A stretch of 32,000 bases of DNA from Pyrodictium abyssi (GTDB lineage Archaea; Thermoproteota; Thermoprotei_A; Sulfolobales; Pyrodictiaceae), in assembly GCF_036323395.1 (NCBI RefSeq), contig NZ_AP028907.1:780001-812000 (forward strand), read 5' to 3'. Shown here piece after piece: positions 29,557 through 32,000 of the stretch; position 1 is the stretch's first letter; each line of letters starts with the position of its first letter. A program made the position numbers and the translations under genes. Below the pieces are notes generated by a model that saw only the letters and a list, made by a program, of their open reading frames with translations, had not been told where the DNA came from and did no database searches.

Positions 29557-29790
29557 ATGTCGGAGGAGGAAGCCATTATCGAAGAGGAGGTCACGCCAGT
29601 AGCGGCAGAGGAGGGAGACGAAACAGAGGAAGTCATAGACCTTAACGCCGCCCTGCTAGAGGCTATGGTGAAACGTACAGAGATACTAGAAAGGTTCGCA
29701 AAAGGCGAGGTAAACGAGGTAGAGGCCGGTAATCTCCTCGAAACTGTGAAGGTACCTTCACTAGAAAGAAGGCGTAGGAGGAAACGCTAG
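29557..29790 (+). CDS. rpo13: Probable archaeal RNA polymerase subunit Rpo13 (77 aa; track ORF starts earlier, at GTG 29482)
   Basis: Acidic N-terminus, central DLNAALLEAMVKRTEILERFAKGEVNEVEAGNLLE, basic tail VPSLERRRRRKR; ATG 29557 preceded by GGTGGAG. Confidence 0.55.
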   Translation: MSEEEAIIEEEVTPVAAEEGDETEEVIDLNAALLEAMVKRTEILERFAKGEVNEVEAGNLLETVKVPSLERRRRRKR

Positions 29791-29795
29791 GCTTG

Positions 29796-30176
29796 CTAAA
29801 ATGCCTTCTTTATTTCAACATCATATCCTAGCTCTCTAAGGGCCTCGGCTATCGTCTCAACGCTGACTCTCCTATCGAAGATTATTACAACGCGCTTTTC
29901 ATCATCCTTCTTGTATAGCTTAACCTTATCGATTACAGCATTACCCTTTATGTAGTCGTCTGGCCTATGCGGCGGCGCTATATAATCTTTAAACTTCTTA
30001 CGCATATAGTCGTAGAATTCGTCAAAGTTCCGTATGTACCTCATAGTCTCTTGCATATCTGCTGTTAGCCTACCCATGATTTCTGCTATCTTCTCGAGAA
30101 GCCTTAGAGCCTCGTCCGAAGACACATCGACAGACTTGTACTTAGCCATATCCACCTCTACAATTATCCGGGGCAT
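29796..30176 (-). CDS. Hypothetical protein; start at ATG 30176 is favoured over the track start at 30248
   Basis: MPRIIVEVDMAKYKSVDVSSDEALRLLEKIAEIMGRL...; SD-like GGAGG 8 nt upstream of ATG 30176. Confidence 0.6.
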   Translation of the reverse strand: MPRIIVEVDMAKYKSVDVSSDEALRLLEKIAEIMGRLTADMQETMRYIRNFDEFYDYMRKKFKDYIAPPHRPDDYIKGNAVIDKVKLYKKDDEKRVVIIFDRRVSVETIAEALRELGYDVEIKKAF

Positions 30177-30467
30177 GGCGTAACCCTCCAAGGCATCCCT
30201 CTGTATATGCACCATGCATACAAACACTTTACAGTAACGCCACCACATAGGACGGGCGGCTTCATCCCTCGTGCCAGCCTACAAAACGGGGCCCTTCACC
30301 TGTATACATGTGCCCCGCCGCGATTACTGAACACTCATCGGTCAGCCGTTATACCGGGCAGCATGTCTCTAGGTTCATAAACTCTAACCGCTATAGCGAG
30401 GGGCGGCACCATTCATGGTTTTATAGCTAAAAACTCCGGCTCACTACCAGGGAGTAGGGTAGATACC

Positions 30468-30716
30468 ATGAGTATATTTTGGGAACGCTGTAGTATATGC
30501 GGTAGGCATTATCCACTCCGCCAGTGCTGGATACATAGCGAGCGCAATGTATGCGTGTACTGCTGTATAGCATGCACTGAGCGAAACATATGCCCTAAAC
30601 CAGTGTGGCTCCCTGAGTCACGTAAGCTACACGTTACCCGTGGCAAGCCTGCCGAAGGGGCTAGAGAGGCTAGAAAAGCTCTTGAAGAACTACTAAAAAG
30701 GCTTGAATCATCATAA
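30468..30716 (+). CDS. Small cysteine-rich (putative zinc-binding) protein
   Basis: ORF 82 aa; CSICGRHYPLRQCWIHSERNVCVYCCIACTERNICPKP. Confidence 0.55.
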   Translation: MSIFWERCSICGRHYPLRQCWIHSERNVCVYCCIACTERNICPKPVWLPESRKLHVTRGKPAEGAREARKALEELLKRLESS

Positions 30717-30745
30717 GCCGGTGTCTGCTAGAGTACAAGCTCTCC

Positions 30746-31507
30746 TTATATACGTGGAGATACCCAATATACTAGTACACCGCCACTAGGCAGGTCAAAG
30801 CTTATCCTCATTGGCAGTGCCTCGCCATACTGAATGGTAACAGTATCTGCCGCACTTGTAGCCTTTACACTGGCCTTTAGAAGGTCAATAGAGTACTTGG
30901 CTCTTACCGGAGTGTTCCCCTCAACCTCGAGGCTAATCAGGGGCTCGCCCGCGCGGAGTATACCTACATACTGCTTCTGAGCGGATTCGGCGTACACCTC
31001 CATCCGGTCCTCGTAGCTGCTAAATTCCACCTCATCGCTAACTACCTTGGCGTCATTTATAATATTCTTAAAGTCGTCTGCCATCATCCTTGCCGTGACT
31101 GTGAGTTCTACCTGTGGCTCGCTAAGTTCTTCCACAACACCCTCTCTTAGAGGGACATAGAAGCTGCGTACAATGCTCGTCTTCTTATCAATAAAGTTCA
31201 CTTCGAGGCGTCTCCGTTCTTCATCGAGCTTAAGTTCCACTAAGTCGTTGCGGGTACCCCTCTTAGCTATACGATTGAGTTCATCCGAGGGCACAATAAA
31301 CGTCTTCTTTTCCTCGCTGAGCTCATATTCTTCAAAAGTTGTCATAGGGAGTCTCAGTATTATCATTGTGGTCTTGTCTGGGGTCAGAGTTCTAATATCT
31401 ACTCCTTCCTGTGTGGCTATAAACGGTATTTCATCCATAACCTTAGCTATCGTCTGAATTATGTACTTAAACTTAGTCGCAGCAGGGTATACCGCCCGAA
31501 ACGTCAT
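30746..31507 (-). CDS. pcn: DNA polymerase sliding clamp (PCNA)
   Basis: ORF 253 aa; YIIQTIAKVMDEIPFIATQEGVDIRTLTPDKTTMIILRLP...LPSGGVLVYWVSPRI. Confidence 0.93.
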   Translation of the reverse strand: MTFRAVYPAATKFKYIIQTIAKVMDEIPFIATQEGVDIRTLTPDKTTMIILRLPMTTFEEYELSEEKKTFIVPSDELNRIAKRGTRNDLVELKLDEERRRLEVNFIDKKTSIVRSFYVPLREGVVEELSEPQVELTVTARMMADDFKNIINDAKVVSDEVEFSSYEDRMEVYAESAQKQYVGILRAGEPLISLEVEGNTPVRAKYSIDLLKASVKATSAADTVTIQYGEALPMRISFDLPSGGVLVYWVSPRI

Positions 31508-31666
31508 AGTATCCCCACTGGGAGAAAACTGGAAGAGAGGCAGCTTTGACTATTTCCTAGTGCTGGGAGCAGTCTAGCCCCTGCGCAATGATGCAGCTCT
31601 ACCCGCCTCGAGCCCACAGAGGGCTATGAGGACCTTACCACCGGCTGAGCCATGAAGCTATCTACC

Positions 31667-32000
31667 CTACACCACGTTTAGGCCATGCCTACCCGCTATC
31701 TCTTTGAATCTCCTCGCGTCATCACCCATATACACGTTGTTGAACATTACATAGACTTCCCTTATGCTATCGTATTGTTCGATTATACTCCTTACCAGGT
31801 TCGCCAACTTAGCCAAATCATCGTCGCTATACCTATACCTGTAGTTTACTTCTCTCCCACCTATACCGTGAAGGCGTAGATAGAGTATCCTCTGCCAACT
31901 ACATATGACTGGGTTTCTTCTGAAAGGGTCTACAATGTGTATTACTCTGGGGATGATACATACTATGTCTTCTACTACATCCTGGTGATCTGACCAATTA
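31667..32000 (-). CDS. DUF72-family protein, C-terminal part, truncated by the window edge (absent from the track)
   Basis: Manual translation: ...VIHIVDPFRRNPVICSWQRILYLRLHGIGGREVNYRYRYSDDDLAKLANLVRSIIEQYDSIREVYVMFNNVYMGDDARRFKEIAGRHGLNVV. Confidence 0.8.
   Translation of the reverse strand, partial: NWSDHQDVVEDIVCIIPRVIHIVDPFRRNPVICSWQRILYLRLHGIGGREVNYRYRYSDDDLAKLANLVRSIIEQYDSIREVYVMFNNVYMGDDARRFKEIAGRHGLNVV

Noticed and set aside
31587-31648. C/D-box-like sRNA upstream of PCNA (ATGATGC ... TATGAGG ... CTGA)
   Set aside because: C box imperfect, no proper D' box, and no rRNA/tRNA target I can name; would need a C/D sRNA scan.
1-32000. CRISPR arrays, transposases, tRNA or rRNA genes, prophage modules
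   Set aside because: No regularly spaced repeats, transposase or integrase motifs, T-arm-like GGTTCRANYCC contexts or rRNA-like sequence noticed by eye; a tRNAscan/CRISPR search would be needed to exclude them formally.

Overview
This window looks like chromosomal DNA from a hyperthermophilic crenarchaeon, with a Desulfurococcales/Pyrodictiaceae-like flavour (inferred from protein sequences only). About 1-13 kb is the archaeal S10/spc-type ribosomal super-cluster, read on the minus strand: L3-L4-L23-[gap]-L22-S3-L29-Rnp1-S17-L14-L24-S4e-L5-S14-S8-L6-L32e-L19e-L18-S5-L30-L15-...-SecY (partial). The canonical L2-S19 pair is missing from its usual place and replaced by a 485-bp, partly structured non-ORF spacer. 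L2-S19 instead lie about 9 kb away, at 19.9-21.1 kb, directly downstream of and overlapping a set of genes that resembles the crenarchaeal Ced DNA-import apparatus: a two-TM pilin-like protein (CedA1-like), a polytopic CedA-like channel with a large inserted ectodomain, a 53-aa two-helix ORF absent from the supplied track (CedA2-like), and a VirB4/HerA-like ATPase. A second HerA-family ATPase with a long polytopic N-terminus lies at 27.6-29.5 kb, divergent from an Lhr-type helicase. Other content: SPOUT RNA methyltransferase, cysteine-cluster protein, MoxR/VWA pair, SAM methyltransferase, a probable Rpo13 RNA polymerase subunit, PCNA, and a truncated DUF72 gene. I found no CRISPR arrays, transposases, rRNA or convincing tRNA.
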